Positions 62,097 to 64,000 of a stretch of 64,000 nt of DNA are shown piece by piece. Position numbers and translations under genes: made by a program. The notes under the pieces were generated by a model. That model saw only the letters and a program-made list of their open reading frames with translations. It was not told the DNA's origin and did not search any database. Positions within the stretch are counted from its first letter, which is position 1; every line of letters begins with the position of its first letter. The DNA comes from Psammoneis japonica (taxonomy: Eukaryota): contig QPGO01000053.1 in NCBI GenBank assembly GCA_008632985.1, positions 372,001-436,000 on the forward strand, read 5' to 3'.

Positions 62097-63983
62097 CGAC
62101 CCAAAGAATCAACCTGCTCCAGTGTGGTGTCATGTGATGGCATCAGGACAGCATTTGCCATTGCTGCTCTCAATGATCTGGAGGTCTTAAGCGCTGATGT
62201 GCAGAGCACCCACATGAACGTGCACACTGAAGAAAAGTGTCACACTGCTGCTGGCATGGAATTTGGGAAGCACAATGAAGGAAGGCCAGCGATCAATGTC
62301 TGAGCCTTGCATGGTCTCAAGTCATCAGGTGCACAATTTTGAGAACATGTGGCAGCCACTTTGCATGACACTGGTTTTGAGTCATGCAAGGCTGATCCAG
62401 ATGTCTGGATGAGGGCTGCAGCCAAGCCGGATGGCTTCAAGCACTGGAAACATGCACTTGTCCATGCAGATGATTTGTTGTGCATCTCCCATGATGCCAA
62501 AAGGTTGTGGATTACATGAGCTCTGGGTGCACATTGAAGGATGGAAGTGTCTGCAAACTGGAAGAGTGTCTGGGCACCCAGATCAGAAAGTGCCAGTTGT
62601 CTGATGTGGATGGCAAGACACACTGGACCATGTCCTCTGACTTGCACGTTAAAAGGGCACTGGTTGATGTTGAGCTGGAGCTCAAGAGGACAGACAGGCA
62701 CCTTCCAACAAAAGCATCAACACCCTTGAGCTCAGGACACACAGGCATGAACTGGATGGCTGACCAGAGTTGAGTGCCAAAGTGGCCAACTGCTGCCAAG
62801 GCCTTGTTGGTGTGCTCCGATGGACAGTTGAACTTGGATGAGTTGACATCTTTGTTGCCATCTCACTCATGTCCTCCTGCCTTGCAGCACCATGAGTTGG
62901 ACACCTGGATGAGGCACTCCATGTCTTTGCATGCTTGAAGGCTCACTCTGAGTCTTTGCCAGTGTTCTGCTTTTGACAAGAGTCGGTTTGCCAAGTGCAA
63001 CTGGGAAGAAGGTTGCCCTGGCATGGCTGAACCACTGCAGTCAAACATGCCAGAGACATGTGGGAATGGGTCAGCCGCTGTTTTGTCAATGCCGATCATG
63101 CCGGATGCCGTGTGATGTGCAGGTCTCACACTGGGATCTTGACATTCATCCAGCAAGTGCCCATCTTGCACTGCTCTAAACAGCAGAACACCACAGAGTC
63201 CTCTGCTTTTGGGTCTGAGTTTGTTGCAATGAAGACTTTGGTGGAGCAGATTGAAGCTTTGTGGAACAAGCTTTGGATGCTTGGAATTCCCATGAATGGG
63301 GCCACTGACATCTTTTGTGACAATGAAGCTGTCTTCAAGAACTCAACCAGGCCAGAGCCCACATTGAAGAAAAAGCATGATGCAATTGCCTGTCACAGGA
63401 CTCTTGAGGCACAAGCCGCAGGAATTTTGTGCATTGCTTGGGACGACAGATGCACAAATCTTGCGGATGTGCTGACCAAGTTGTCACCTGGACTGCAGCT
63501 CTGGGAGATCACATCACAAGTCATGTTTTGTGGTGAGTTCCAAAATGGGACAAACTGAACAGATTCACCACTTGGGTGTGGTTTTCCCTCCCCCAAAATT
63601 AAAACATCACCCTGGAACAGTGCAGCATCAGGTTGCATTTGTCTGTTAATCTGGCTCAAGCAGAGCCAGTGTCAGTTCGAGGAGACTGAGCAAATGCTGA
63701 CACACTGTCATGGATGTGGGCAGTTGTTTGCCACTGGCAATTGGCCCACTGTTGCTGCTCAATTGGTGGCCCCAGTTGCACAATCTCTCACAACTCTAGA
63801 ACCTGTTGATGCTGTTTCAACACTCTGTCTTGTCTGTCACCCAATTCTTGGCTGTCATGATGGCATTCATTCATGGTTTTGATGACTTTGAAATGGTGGA
63901 ACACTTGAGGGTTGCGCGCTGGAGTTTTTGACCCCCAGACCCATTTCAGTGCATGCCCACATGTCTGTGGAATGTGCCAAAAT
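62097..63983 (+). mobile_element. Copia RT-RNase H remnant plus tail (second copy of 47775-49461, extending further 5')
   Basis: PKESTCSSVVSCDGIRTAFAIAALNDLEVLSADVQ..EEKCHT..EFG..ALHGLKSSGA, then near-identity to 47775-49461. Confidence 0.88.
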
Positions 63984-64000
63984 GCCAACGGTCCAAATAA

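Larger units (their letters stand above)
55560..64000. other. TpA-depleted (hypermutated) block 4
   Basis: TA thins out through the RAP repeats and is nearly absent from about 56700 to the end of the window. Confidence 0.88.

Overview
Eukaryotic microalgal DNA, most likely from a diatom (judged from short GT-AG introns, NRT2, a bipartite plastid-targeting peptide, and Copia, Gypsy and LINE families typical of diatoms). The window alternates between two compartments. Gene islands with normal TpA content lie at about 4.7-23.6 kb, 39.2-41.6 kb and 53.2-55.5 kb. They hold a Cys-rich secreted protein, a beta-solenoid-like protein, V-ATPase B, a cupin, PITH, MYND, NRT2, NOP16, a RidA-family protein, a plastid lumen protein, a sulfatase and the 3' end of a RAP-domain gene. 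Transposon blocks lie at about 1-4.7 kb, 23.6-39.2 kb, 41.6-53.2 kb and 55.6-64 kb. In these blocks the dinucleotide TpA has been almost erased, converted to TpG or CpA (A>G on either strand), so conserved Tyr codons read Cys or His and TAA/TAG stops vanish. Paired LTRs, TIRs and duplicated segments give the direction of change and show that it happened in chromosomal DNA after insertion. In the youngest element TpA loss runs ahead of CpG decay. This looks like a repeat-targeted, RIP-like genome-defence hypermutation running opposite to fungal RIP. I do not know of a formal description of it. No gene for the responsible enzyme is visible in the window. Several host genes carry single-base deletions that are probably assembly errors, so short-read confirmation is needed.
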